In this document: positions 19,254 to 28,872 of the stretch, piece by piece
How positions within the stretch are numbered: position 1 is the first letter of the stretch
How the letters are laid out: each line of letters begins with the position of its first letter
DNA from: an uncultured virus (IMG/VR IMGVR_UViG_3300032069_000001)
Taxonomy: Duplodnaviria; Heunggongvirae; Uroviricota; Caudoviricetes
Direction: 5' to 3' (one strand)
IMG/VR virus record: IMGVR_UViG_3300032069_000001
Location: 1 to 64,000 of that record
DNA length: 64,000 nt
Notes under the pieces: model-generated
What the model saw: the letters and a program-made list of their open reading frames with translations, nothing else
What the model was told of the DNA's origin: nothing
Database searches by the model: none
Position numbers and translations under genes: made by a program

Positions 19254-19558
19254 AATTCGTTATCTCCGTATTTAACATCAGAAACCGTGTATGCCGTTCC
19301 GTGAGAATAAAATTCTGAAATAATATCCAGATATTTGAACGGCTTGTTTTTTGCCTTTTTAAGCTCCTCTTTGCTTTTGCGTCCTTCCAAGACCTCTTTA
19401 TAGAGAAATTGAACCTTTCTCTTTGTCTCATCATCTTTGCCGATAACGACAAACTTCTTGGCTTTGTCGTCCCAGCCAATCCGTCCTATTTTCTTCGGGT
19501 TGTCTTTTATGCTCCAGTTATCCCAAAATTCAATGTAAAATTTTAAATACATAAACAC
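19250..19558 (-). CDS. Hypothetical protein
   Basis: AAGGAG RBS; lies between the giant protein and MuF. Confidence 0.55.
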   Translation of the reverse strand: MFMYLKFYIEFWDNWSIKDNPKKIGRIGWDDKAKKFVVIGKDDETKRKVQFLYKEVLEGRKSKEELKKAKNKPFKYLDIISEFYSHGTAYTVSDVKYGDNEL

Positions 19559-19561
19559 TCC

Positions 19562-22500
19562 TTATACCCCCGCCTTTAGGGTTTCTTCCTGTGCTGGACG
19601 GTAAGCCAAACCTCTCCTATCCAGTATGTTTACTATCATCTGCTTTTTAACTCCGTCCACAATTTTTAAATTAAGCATATTTAGAAGGTCTGTAGTCGTA
19701 ATATGCTTGCTCAACTTATCCATTACTTTTTGCTGTTCCGTGAAATCTTTGGCATTACCCCAATCCTTCCTGAATTCCCTTCTTATTGCATCTCCATTAT
19801 CAAGCCTTCTCCAATATCTATTAGCAGGGTCAACATCTTGTTTATGGTAATATTCTTTTAATTCTTTGCCTACATTTCCAGCGTGTAAATTTAGGAAATT
19901 ATCAATTTGATGATTTGTCATAATATCTATCATTCTGGCTCCCTCGTTAATTCTTATATCCCTGTCGCTTACCCTCATAAAGTCATCAAGCTGATGTTGC
20001 TGGAACGGGTTCAAAAACTTTCTATGCTCTTTATCCATCTCGTCAAATTTCAATTTCTTCGCCATCATCATTGCACCTATGGCTCCCTTATGCAGTCCGA
20101 GGTCAAAGAACCTGTTGACCTGGCGATAATCAAGGGCATTAACAAAATCTTCTCTCGCTTTCCATTGTTCGTGAAGTTTAAATTTTGAGTTGACAACTGC
20201 TTCTTTGAATTTGTCAAACTTTTTAGATTGGTTATCATCAAGCAAACGTTTAAGTTTTTCAACCTTCTCATCAAAACCCAGTTTCTTATATCTCGGGTTC
20301 ATCTTTATCTGCTTTGCGTGTATTTCAAGTTGTTTTAAATCAAGGTCTTGTGCTTTAATGTGCATAGGGTCAGAAGGAGTAATTATTTTCATTGCTCCGC
20401 CTTCGCCAGCAAGGTCTTTCATAAACTTCCTTTCTCTCACTCTTTGCTTTTTCTCCCCTTCTTTTTCTATTGCTTTTACTTTTGCCCTCTCCTCATCTTT
20501 ATATTTTTTGTAATACATATTATCTATTTGTTCTATGCGGGTTCCACTCGGTATTTTACCATCATTTAACATTGTGGCTATTCTATTCTCCATCATTTCA
20601 GCCTGCAATGTAAGCATATCCTTGTCGGAGTGCATACCAGAATTCATAATCATATCTTTTACTTTATCAAAATTCTGTGCGAGTTTTTCAAGCCTCTCCA
20701 TATCTTCATTGTCTAATCTATCTAAACTGTGAGAATAAGCGTAGTCTAATGACCTTGTATTCATATAATAGGCTTTAGCTCCAAGCAATCCATTATCTAT
20801 AGCAAAAATATTTCCATTTCGTTTATCCATCATAATATTACCGCCGTGCCTGTCTGCATTACCCAATATGGCGTCTAAAAGAGCGAGATTGTGCATTTGC
20901 TTATTTCTATTGAGTTGACCTTTTTCACCCATTAAACCGCCCATATCATAATCTTGTTTATTTGCTCCCAAATCAAGAAAATGCTGGAGAGAAGCCATAC
21001 CGCCCTCTTTCAATCCTTTGTGTTTGTCTGCCACCTCTTTCGTAACTGGAACAAGTATTGTCGGGGGAACCAAGTCGCTACCAAAAAGCTTTGAAAGTTC
21101 GTATGCAAAAACTTCCCTAAATCCCTGCGTCCCACTCGGTATGTTGTGAAAAATCATTCCCCCTTTGTGACTTTCTCCATCAAGAGGTTTAAGAACACCC
21201 CAACCGTCGCCATCAATCTTTACTTTGGCAACGAGGTTAATGCCCTCTCTCCCGCCTTCATCTTTCATTAAACCAACATATTTATATTTTCCGTCCTTCG
21301 CTGGGCTCATCATCTTTTCAATATCGTTTCTTTTGGTATGATGATGTTCAGGGTCAATATGAACTTCGCCAGGCATTATGGTTCTTGTCGGGTCAAGTTG
21401 CGGAGCCATACCCTTGCCCACTCCAGCAGGTTCAGAAACTTTTCTTTGAGCTTCAGCCATCTTCCCTAATTTTTCCACTAAATTAGTAGCTTCTGGTTTT
21501 TCCTGTTCTTTAGCCTGTCCATATTGGTAATAATCACTTCGCCCAGCTTTCTTTCTTTCGTGTTCTCTCCATTTTTTCCATTTCTCAACGTGGTCTAAAT
21601 CAGCAACACCATTTTTCTCAAACTCTGCCCAGACTTCATCTTTTAGTCTTAATTCAGCCTGATTATGTCCATATACAGGAAGAACATTTTTCATTGCTTC
21701 AAGCCCGCCAGGTGTAGATATTGCGTGTATCATACCATTTGTTTTATCGGCATAAAAATATATATCGCCAAATGGAGTTTTATTGCTTCTTAAGAAAAGA
21801 AGATTTCCAGCTTTTGCTTCTTCATTAAGAGCGTGTATCTCATATTTTTTGACAACATCACTTTCAAGCTTACCAGCTTCTTTGTGCTTTGCCCAAACAT
21901 CATCTTGTAAATGCCTGTGCTCTTTTTCGTGCCCAGCTCCGCCAAATAACGGTTTATGCTTTCCTTCATCGTGCAACGGCTTATCGCTTGTGTAAAGATT
22001 TCCCTGCGGGTCACGATAATAATAAACATAACTGCCAGGTTGTCCTTCTCTGCGAATATATTTATGTCCTGGTCTCATCTGTCCTTTTAACTTTGAAGGT
22101 TGTCTTGTTCCAGGAAGTATGGGTGTTTTCTGGGGAGCAGAACCACCAAGTTTCGGCGTAGGTATTGGTATTTCTCCCGCTTTAATTAAATCTTCAATAA
22201 TGGATTTTGCTAAACCTTTATTTACGTGTTCAACAAATTCCACCAAATTCTTTATTTTGGCTTTCTTTAATGCTACAACGTTATTATAAACAGCATTTAA
22301 CATTGCGTCTGTCTGGTATTCTTTACCAAGCATATTGCCCTTATATTCAACGTGCCCACCACCGCCTTTCTTACCGACCAACTTTATGTCATCAGCTCCA
22401 GCTTCCTCTGCCTGCGTTAAAACCTGATTTATATTTTTTAACACTTCACGTTTGCCGATAGCGTGTTTTAAATCTTCTTCATTCTTAATCTTGCCTTCAA

Positions 22501-25500
22501 AATACTGGTCAGCAAAATTTTTTCTTTGGGCTTTATCATCAACGGCTACTTCCTTCCCTTTTGGTGCTGGTTTCTTGGCTTCCACTTTCTTTATTCCAGC
22601 TTCTTTCATTCCAGGAACTCCACCCTCTTTGATTGCCTGAAATACGTCAGCACCCGCACCCTTAAGACCCTTCATTCCTTTTGGGGCTTCTGGCATTTTT
22701 TCTTCTGCAACTTTTTCTGGTATCTTTTCTTTGGGTGTTTCAACTTTAGCTTCGCCTTCGTGTGCGTGCTCATATAATTCTTTAAGTCCGTATTCAGGCA
22801 GGGCTACTTCACCGTGTCTGTGTATTAAAGCAACCATATTTTCAGGACTGTCTTCCTGTGCAAAAGAATAACCAGCAAATCCTTTATCCTTGTGCACATT
22901 CTTAATCATATCCTCAATATGCCAACCTGCGTGCTCTTTATCAAATCCTCCAGTTCTTAAATGTCCATATGGATTTATTCTTAAACCTTTATAATTTTCA
23001 TAATCATAATAATTTTGGTTCTTTGCGTGCTCATTAAATTCCTTAATAAGTTTCTTGTGTTCTTCGTTCCTCGTATCAAATATATTCTTTGGATTAAGAT
23101 AAACTGCCTGGTCGTGCTTACTAATCTTCTTTGTGGTCAAAAATTCTGTCTTGTTCGTAGGTTCGTGAGCAAACGCCCTGTCCATTCCCCTATTAGTATC
23201 TCTATAGAAAATATTCTTTTCATTCGCCTTTTTAAAGCTCTCATAATCTTTATGCTTCTTTGCTTCCTCCACCAAACTCTTGAATTGTTTTTTGTATCCG
23301 CTTACCCTCTCGTCTCTCCCTTCCTTAAGAGCCTTATCAACTTTTTCCTTACCGTAAATATCATTCATTCTGGCTATCTGGTTTTTCTGTTGTTCTTCGT
23401 CGTAATGATGATGTAAGTCATAAGCCTTGCCTTCAATCCCTCCAATGTGCATCATAGCTTCACCTATTTCAGTTGAACCTATTTTCTTGGCTTTATTCAA
23501 ATCCCTTATCTTTTCGGCAAGTTCCAAAACCCTTTTTACTCTACCTATTTTCTCGGCATTATAAAGTTGTGCTTTTTCTCCATATTTTTCTTCCTCACCA
23601 GGAAGATTAAACATATTTTTATCTAAAGCGGATTTAAGCAAGCCTTTGCCGTCTTCATCAAAATTATCCTCAACCTTTTGCTGAACATCTTTAGCAAGAT
23701 TATAAGCATCTTCCTTTATCCCAAGATGTTTGTGTTTTTCAATCCCGAGTTCTTTTAATCTTTCATATATTTCAAATCCAGGAACATAAGTTTTTCCCTT
23801 GTCTCTTATCAGTTTCTCCACCAGCATTTTGCCTCTAACAGCATCAGCACCCATTCTAATATCTTCGTGCTTCATTCTTTCTATCTGGAAAGCTTCAGCC
23901 AAATGATGGGTTTTTATTATTTTTGATTTATCTTCTCCTGCAATCTTCTCTGCGAATTCTTTAAGGACTTCATCTTTTACCTTTCGCCCTGGGTGAAGTT
24001 CTGCATCATCTATTTTTTTCTTCCAAGCATCGTATAAAGTTTTAGCATCTTCCTCCACCTTCATACCGCCGACTTCAACTGGTTCTTTAACTTCAGCTTT
24101 CTTTTCTATTTGTTTTACGGGTAGGGGTATTTCTTTTACTTTTTTTGCTGGTTTCTTTTCTTCTGCTTTCGGTATTTTAACTTTAGGTTTTTCCGCTGGC
24201 TTCGGAACTTCAACTTTTGGTTCTTCTACTTTTTTCTCTCCAATTATTTCGCCTTCAGGAGTAACCTGAACATTCCCTTTATCATAAACGTAAATCTTGC
24301 CTCCAATCTCCTTAAGGGCTCTTTTCCATACGTCATCTGGTATCCCGTGCGGATTTGCCCCTTCAAGACCTGCCATACGCTTTATTTCGTGTTCGTGCAG
24401 AGGATTATTCTCAAGAACATACTTTGCATAATCAAGTTGTTCCTGCTCGTTCATTCCTTTTTTCTTTTCTTCTGCTTTCGGTTCTTCCTCTTTCGGTGCT
24501 TCAATTTTAGCTTCTTCGGCTGGTGTTCCCGCTCCTGCTTTTGCTTCTGGTGCTTGACCCGCCTGCTCTTTTAATTTTTGCCATAGTTCATAAGCAGTAG
24601 CTTCTTTAAGACCTGCTTTATCAAGTAAAGTTTTTAAACCAATCTTATTCTCTCTGCCAAATTTGTCTATCCACCCTCTCGCTTCTTCTTTTGTATTAAA
24701 ATATTCCCCCATCTTTGGCTTTCCAATATTTATCATATTGTTGCCAATTTTTCTAATTGCAAAACCCTTTTTAGTTCTAACAATATGCCAGCTTTGAGAC
24801 TTAATCATAAAATCAACAAAATCTTTCTGTTCAACAGCGTGTTTTTGAACTTGTTGAGTATATTCCCCAAACTTGTCGGCTGGTTTCTCCTCTGCCTTTG
24901 GCTCCTCTACCTTTGGAGCTTCTCCTGGTTTAGGTTCCTCTGCTTTTGGTTCTTCAGCTTTAGGTTCAGGAACAGGTGCTTTAAGATTTGCCTCGTCCCA
25001 GCCCTCTACCCAAGCTTTCATATTAGCAATATTCACTCCAGGTTCTCCGTGTTCAAGCCTATCCATCAATTCTTTATTTTGTGCTGGAGCTCTTATTTTT
25101 CCATACTTAAATGCTTCCTTACCCATTTCTTTAGCTTCTTTTGGAGTTAATGGTTTAACTACTGGTTTTTCTTCAGCTTTCGGTTCTTCTTTGGGTTCTT
25201 CTTTCGGTTTTTCTTCTGCCTTTGGTTCTTCGGCTTTTGGTTCTTCTTTCAGTTCTTCCTCAACTGGTTTCTTTAATTTTTCTGGCGTATAATAAACATC
25301 AGAAGGCATTTCAACAGTTTCTTCTTTCTTTGGTTCATCTTTTTGAACATCAGACGGAGTTGATGGTTCCTCTCTTTGTATCTGTTGCTCTGATGGTTCA
25401 TCAGCCACTTCAACAGGGCTCTCTGGCGGTTTCTCTGCCATCAATTCATTAAGCCTTTTGCCTTCTTCAATTATCTGTTTATGTTGAATATGAGCTTCGT

Positions 25501-26884
25501 GATGATGACGAATATACTCATTATCCCAATCAAACTTTCCTGGAAGAATTCCCTGATGCTTCATATCCCGCAACATAAAGTCTTTGAATGAATTATATCC
25601 AAGATTATCAAGATTATTTATCCACATCTTTTGCTGATTAAAGTCTTGAATATTTTCCTGTATCAAAGTAATCTTCTCGTCCCTGCTCATATTATTAAAT
25701 TTATCAATAATGAATTGTTCGTTATCCCACTCTGGCGGATTATGAAGCGGTATATTGCTTTCATAATTCTGATTAAGTTCATCTGCATAAATATAAATAT
25801 AATTACCAGGTGTTCCTTTTCTTTCAATGTATTTGTGCCCAGGTTTCATTCTTCCTACACGTGGGTCAATGCCTCCTGTTGTTGGCGGGGGAACTTTGGC
25901 AGACGGCAAACTTACTCCTGGAGCCACTATCGGTTTATCTATGGGAGCAGAGCCTTCACCTGGCAATGCTTTAATGAGTTCTTCTTTATCCAAAATATTC
26001 TTTTTAATAAAATCAAGCTTCTTTCTTCCTGTTACTCCGTGAAACCTTCCAATCAATCCAGTCACAGCAAAACTAAAGCTTTCCGTGAAATCTTCCTTCG
26101 GATTTCTTGTGGCATACCACCTAACAAAATTAGCATCTTCTTTAAACGCCCAGTTTGATTTTAGTTTCGGTGCACCTTCTTCTCTAATAATAAGTCTTTT
26201 ATAGCCCTTCGGCGTTTCATTATCGCCTATGAACTTCCAACCGCTTATACTTATCCACTCTTTCTTATCGCTAAAACCGTTTTTGTCATCAATAGCGTGA
26301 GCAATTTCGTGAATAACAACCTGCGTAACTTTTGATATACTGTGTCCTTCACCGTCTTCATATCTTGTTTTAAGGTTAAATATATCGGGGTTAAGCATTA
26401 TCTTTTTTTCTTCTTCAATATATTTACCGTGATTTGGATAAAGACGCTTGCTCTTACCCATTCTTTCATCAAGAATAACTCTTTCCACCTTGCCTTTTAA
26501 AAAGTTTTTTGGTATATCTTCCAAAGCTTCATAAAGTTTTTTTGCTGTTTCTTTATCAAAATTATCCGACAATTCAATACCGTGCTCTTTTTTGAATGTC
26601 TCACGAAAATCATCAGCAAAAGATTTATTTATTTTTTCAGTCTTTTTAAGGCTGGGCAGGTCAAGGGCATCAAAAATCTTTTCTTCAATCTTATCCAATA
26701 CGTCAGCAATAAGATTGTCAACCAGTTCCTCTGCGTCAGCTATGGGTTCAATGCTATGCGGTTCCCATAATTTGCTTTCGCTGTCATATTCCTTCGGTTT
26801 GGTTGCTTTTTCTATTTCCTGACTTACTGGAGAGACTATATCTGCTTTATAATTATTATTGAGCTTGAGTATCAGCTTTGTCAT
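19562..26884 (-). CDS. Giant polyvalent virion-associated protein (Zn-peptidase; RMF-like; ComM-C-like; ART-like; PI3K/HipA-like kinase)
   Basis: HEIAH + YATRNPKEDFTESF; REVFAYELS..VPPT..DAILGNADRHGGN..IDNG; duplicated GHKYI motif; lies between portal and MuF. Confidence 0.8.
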   Translation of the reverse strand: MTKLILKLNNNYKADIVSPVSQEIEKATKPKEYDSESKLWEPHSIEPIADAEELVDNLIADVLDKIEEKIFDALDLPSLKKTEKINKSFADDFRETFKKEHGIELSDNFDKETAKKLYEALEDIPKNFLKGKVERVILDERMGKSKRLYPNHGKYIEEEKKIMLNPDIFNLKTRYEDGEGHSISKVTQVVIHEIAHAIDDKNGFSDKKEWISISGWKFIGDNETPKGYKRLIIREEGAPKLKSNWAFKEDANFVRWYATRNPKEDFTESFSFAVTGLIGRFHGVTGRKKLDFIKKNILDKEELIKALPGEGSAPIDKPIVAPGVSLPSAKVPPPTTGGIDPRVGRMKPGHKYIERKGTPGNYIYIYADELNQNYESNIPLHNPPEWDNEQFIIDKFNNMSRDEKITLIQENIQDFNQQKMWINNLDNLGYNSFKDFMLRDMKHQGILPGKFDWDNEYIRHHHEAHIQHKQIIEEGKRLNELMAEKPPESPVEVADEPSEQQIQREEPSTPSDVQKDEPKKEETVEMPSDVYYTPEKLKKPVEEELKEEPKAEEPKAEEKPKEEPKEEPKAEEKPVVKPLTPKEAKEMGKEAFKYGKIRAPAQNKELMDRLEHGEPGVNIANMKAWVEGWDEANLKAPVPEPKAEEPKAEEPKPGEAPKVEEPKAEEKPADKFGEYTQQVQKHAVEQKDFVDFMIKSQSWHIVRTKKGFAIRKIGNNMINIGKPKMGEYFNTKEEARGWIDKFGRENKIGLKTLLDKAGLKEATAYELWQKLKEQAGQAPEAKAGAGTPAEEAKIEAPKEEEPKAEEKKKGMNEQEQLDYAKYVLENNPLHEHEIKRMAGLEGANPHGIPDDVWKRALKEIGGKIYVYDKGNVQVTPEGEIIGEKKVEEPKVEVPKPAEKPKVKIPKAEEKKPAKKVKEIPLPVKQIEKKAEVKEPVEVGGMKVEEDAKTLYDAWKKKIDDAELHPGRKVKDEVLKEFAEKIAGEDKSKIIKTHHLAEAFQIERMKHEDIRMGADAVRGKMLVEKLIRDKGKTYVPGFEIYERLKELGIEKHKHLGIKEDAYNLAKDVQQKVEDNFDEDGKGLLKSALDKNMFNLPGEEEKYGEKAQLYNAEKIGRVKRVLELAEKIRDLNKAKKIGSTEIGEAMMHIGGIEGKAYDLHHHYDEEQQKNQIARMNDIYGKEKVDKALKEGRDERVSGYKKQFKSLVEEAKKHKDYESFKKANEKNIFYRDTNRGMDRAFAHEPTNKTEFLTTKKISKHDQAVYLNPKNIFDTRNEEHKKLIKEFNEHAKNQNYYDYENYKGLRINPYGHLRTGGFDKEHAGWHIEDMIKNVHKDKGFAGYSFAQEDSPENMVALIHRHGEVALPEYGLKELYEHAHEGEAKVETPKEKIPEKVAEEKMPEAPKGMKGLKGAGADVFQAIKEGGVPGMKEAGIKKVEAKKPAPKGKEVAVDDKAQRKNFADQYFEGKIKNEEDLKHAIGKREVLKNINQVLTQAEEAGADDIKLVGKKGGGGHVEYKGNMLGKEYQTDAMLNAVYNNVVALKKAKIKNLVEFVEHVNKGLAKSIIEDLIKAGEIPIPTPKLGGSAPQKTPILPGTRQPSKLKGQMRPGHKYIRREGQPGSYVYYYRDPQGNLYTSDKPLHDEGKHKPLFGGAGHEKEHRHLQDDVWAKHKEAGKLESDVVKKYEIHALNEEAKAGNLLFLRSNKTPFGDIYFYADKTNGMIHAISTPGGLEAMKNVLPVYGHNQAELRLKDEVWAEFEKNGVADLDHVEKWKKWREHERKKAGRSDYYQYGQAKEQEKPEATNLVEKLGKMAEAQRKVSEPAGVGKGMAPQLDPTRTIMPGEVHIDPEHHHTKRNDIEKMMSPAKDGKYKYVGLMKDEGGREGINLVAKVKIDGDGWGVLKPLDGESHKGGMIFHNIPSGTQGFREVFAYELSKLFGSDLVPPTILVPVTKEVADKHKGLKEGGMASLQHFLDLGANKQDYDMGGLMGEKGQLNRNKQMHNLALLDAILGNADRHGGNIMMDKRNGNIFAIDNGLLGAKAYYMNTRSLDYAYSHSLDRLDNEDMERLEKLAQNFDKVKDMIMNSGMHSDKDMLTLQAEMMENRIATMLNDGKIPSGTRIEQIDNMYYKKYKDEERAKVKAIEKEGEKKQRVRERKFMKDLAGEGGAMKIITPSDPMHIKAQDLDLKQLEIHAKQIKMNPRYKKLGFDEKVEKLKRLLDDNQSKKFDKFKEAVVNSKFKLHEQWKAREDFVNALDYRQVNRFFDLGLHKGAIGAMMMAKKLKFDEMDKEHRKFLNPFQQHQLDDFMRVSDRDIRINEGARMIDIMTNHQIDNFLNLHAGNVGKELKEYYHKQDVDPANRYWRRLDNGDAIRREFRKDWGNAKDFTEQQKVMDKLSKHITTTDLLNMLNLKIVDGVKKQMIVNILDRRGLAYRPAQEETLKAGV
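24880..25270 (-). repeat. EEPKA low-complexity linker repeats
   Basis: EEPKAEEPKAEEKPK in the translation. Confidence 0.75.
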
Positions 26885-26898
26885 AAGTCCCTTTAGTA

Positions 26899-26982
26899 TT
26901 GGGGTAGAATTAAGGCTTCCAACCCACCCACATTTAACAAACTGTGAATATTTGGTAATCCCCAGCTCTTAACCTACCCCAT
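26899..26982 (-). other. Long intergenic stem-loop between portal and giant gene
   Basis: UGGGGUAG/CUACCCCA, UUAAG/CUUAA and GCU/AGC nested pairing. Confidence 0.55.
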
Positions 26983-26985
26983 TTT

Positions 26986-28872
26986 TTATTTAAAGTCTAT
27001 TTCAACAGTATCGCTTTCTTCGCCTTCAGATTTATAAACGTTAATGCCTAAATGAGCCTTTTCTTCCTTTTTCTCTTTTAATGCCTTTTCGTTTTTTCTT
27101 GCTCCAGCATATTCTTCGGTTTCTTTATTTTTTCCACGTCTCATTTTCATCGCAGTATCAACATCTGCTTTAGGTTCTAACCCCTTAAGTTCTGGGGGAA
27201 CTTCACCACCACCTTGAGGCATTGTTGCTCCAGGTTGTCCAGGCTGTCCTGGTTGCCCTGGTTGCCCTGGTTGCCCACCCATAACTTGCTGTTGCTGTGC
27301 CTGCTTCTCGGCTTGTTCCGTCTCTTTCTGCTTAAGATAAACTTGAGCTAACGTTGCGTGTGCAGGTGCATCTGCCCAATCTTCATCAATTTGGGGCATA
27401 TCTTCCAATGCTCTCGCTTCATTAACCGTCATTAAACCTGTCTGAATTTTCTTTGACGTTATTTCCACCTTATCTTGTTCACTTGTTGCGTCCGCTCCTA
27501 CCCATTCAAAATAAAGGTCGGGATACATCTTTTGGACAATATGCTTGTTAATAATATGTTGATAAAATTTCAGAAGCGGGCGTAAACCCTTATCCTTGCT
27601 GAAATCCAACTTAACTGCTCCAGAGTGTTCGTATAGTGGAGAACCTCCACCGCCTTTAATCAAGTATCCAACTTCCGAAGGGTCAATGCAGAATATTGCA
27701 CAAGCAGTTTGAATAAGATATTCAAGCCACAAATGATATTCCATATCCTTATTCGTTTGCTTAAAGTTGGTAAATGTTATTCCTCCGCCTTTTTCATCAA
27801 TAGCCATTATAGGCACTCTCCAAGCATTTGCCACACCCGATACTTGGGCAACCCATTGACGCTTGAAAGCTTCAAGAGCTTCGTTCGTATATTTACCAGC
27901 AATATTAAGAACACCCTGGGGAACCGAGTTTTGCGTAAAATATTTTGCGTTATACTGCTCACCAAATAAAATACTCGTTACCGTCTCCATAAGTATCTCC
28001 AAAGGAGATAAACCATAACCACCAATATCAATGTCTGAACGGGGGTTAAAGACTTCATACGCCAACTCCTCCGTGTTATAAACTGCAACACGCTGACCAT
28101 TTACGAGTTCTTGAACATACTTCACGGGCAACCCATCGGTCATTTCCGCAATTTCTGCTATTGGCTTATTGGTTATCGGGTCAAACTTATAATCAGGAGC
28201 GGAAAATTTAATAGTTCCGCCGTCAACTACCCAAACAGCATAGGGCTTGTTGTTTCTTTTACGCTGTATTTCAAAACAAGTTGCATCAAGACTTAATGTA
28301 TCCCTGACAAGCTTTCTCATAAAACTGTCAAAATTATCAGTTCTTTCCTCGCCGTTGATTATATCCTCTCTCCTTACTGGATAACCTGTGCCGAGAATAA
28401 AATCTTGAAGTTCTTCTATTCTTCTCTTTTCGCTGTCACTTGGAAACTTTTTCGGGTTCTTTGTGGTTATCTTAAAACCAATTTCTCCTGGTTTTCTCGG
28501 AACTTGCGTAAATGAAGCTATCTGGTTCTGTCTTACCTGTATGATTGCCGAAACTGGCTTACAGGTTATTGCCATACGTCTTAAAATCTGCCAAGTGACC
28601 CTTGAGGGTTTTGCTCTGCTTCCCAAGAAATCCAGCATATTCCAGGGGTCAATAAATGTTGATTTAATCGCAGTCTTTGATACTCCAGCCTTCTCCAAAT
28701 CCTGTTCTACCGCTTGATGAATAAAATTTTCAACCTCATCAGTTGTTAATTGTCTTGTTGGGTGAACAATGTCTAAAGACTTCTCAACAGGAATACCTGA
28801 TTGGTAAATCCTGTCTTGGCTCGCCTGCGAATGGACAAGTTCATATTCATCTAAATTTTCAATTTCGGACAT
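26986..28872 (-). CDS. Portal protein
   Basis: GYGLSPLE..YFTQNSVPQGVL..IDPSEVG..KGLRPLL..MTVNEAR; likely ATG at 28872; C-terminal GQP repeats. Confidence 0.92.
   Translation of the reverse strand: MSEIENLDEYELVHSQASQDRIYQSGIPVEKSLDIVHPTRQLTTDEVENFIHQAVEQDLEKAGVSKTAIKSTFIDPWNMLDFLGSRAKPSRVTWQILRRMAITCKPVSAIIQVRQNQIASFTQVPRKPGEIGFKITTKNPKKFPSDSEKRRIEELQDFILGTGYPVRREDIINGEERTDNFDSFMRKLVRDTLSLDATCFEIQRKRNNKPYAVWVVDGGTIKFSAPDYKFDPITNKPIAEIAEMTDGLPVKYVQELVNGQRVAVYNTEELAYEVFNPRSDIDIGGYGLSPLEILMETVTSILFGEQYNAKYFTQNSVPQGVLNIAGKYTNEALEAFKRQWVAQVSGVANAWRVPIMAIDEKGGGITFTNFKQTNKDMEYHLWLEYLIQTACAIFCIDPSEVGYLIKGGGGSPLYEHSGAVKLDFSKDKGLRPLLKFYQHIINKHIVQKMYPDLYFEWVGADATSEQDKVEITSKKIQTGLMTVNEARALEDMPQIDEDWADAPAHATLAQVYLKQKETEQAEKQAQQQQVMGGQPGQPGQPGQPGQPGATMPQGGGEVPPELKGLEPKADVDTAMKMRRGKNKETEEYAGARKNEKALKEKKEEKAHLGINVYKSEGEESDTVEIDFK

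Noticed and set aside
19562-26884. Tape measure protein or intein-containing protein
   Set aside because: Located in the head cluster; lacks tape-measure repeats and intein splice motifs; carries enzyme motifs instead
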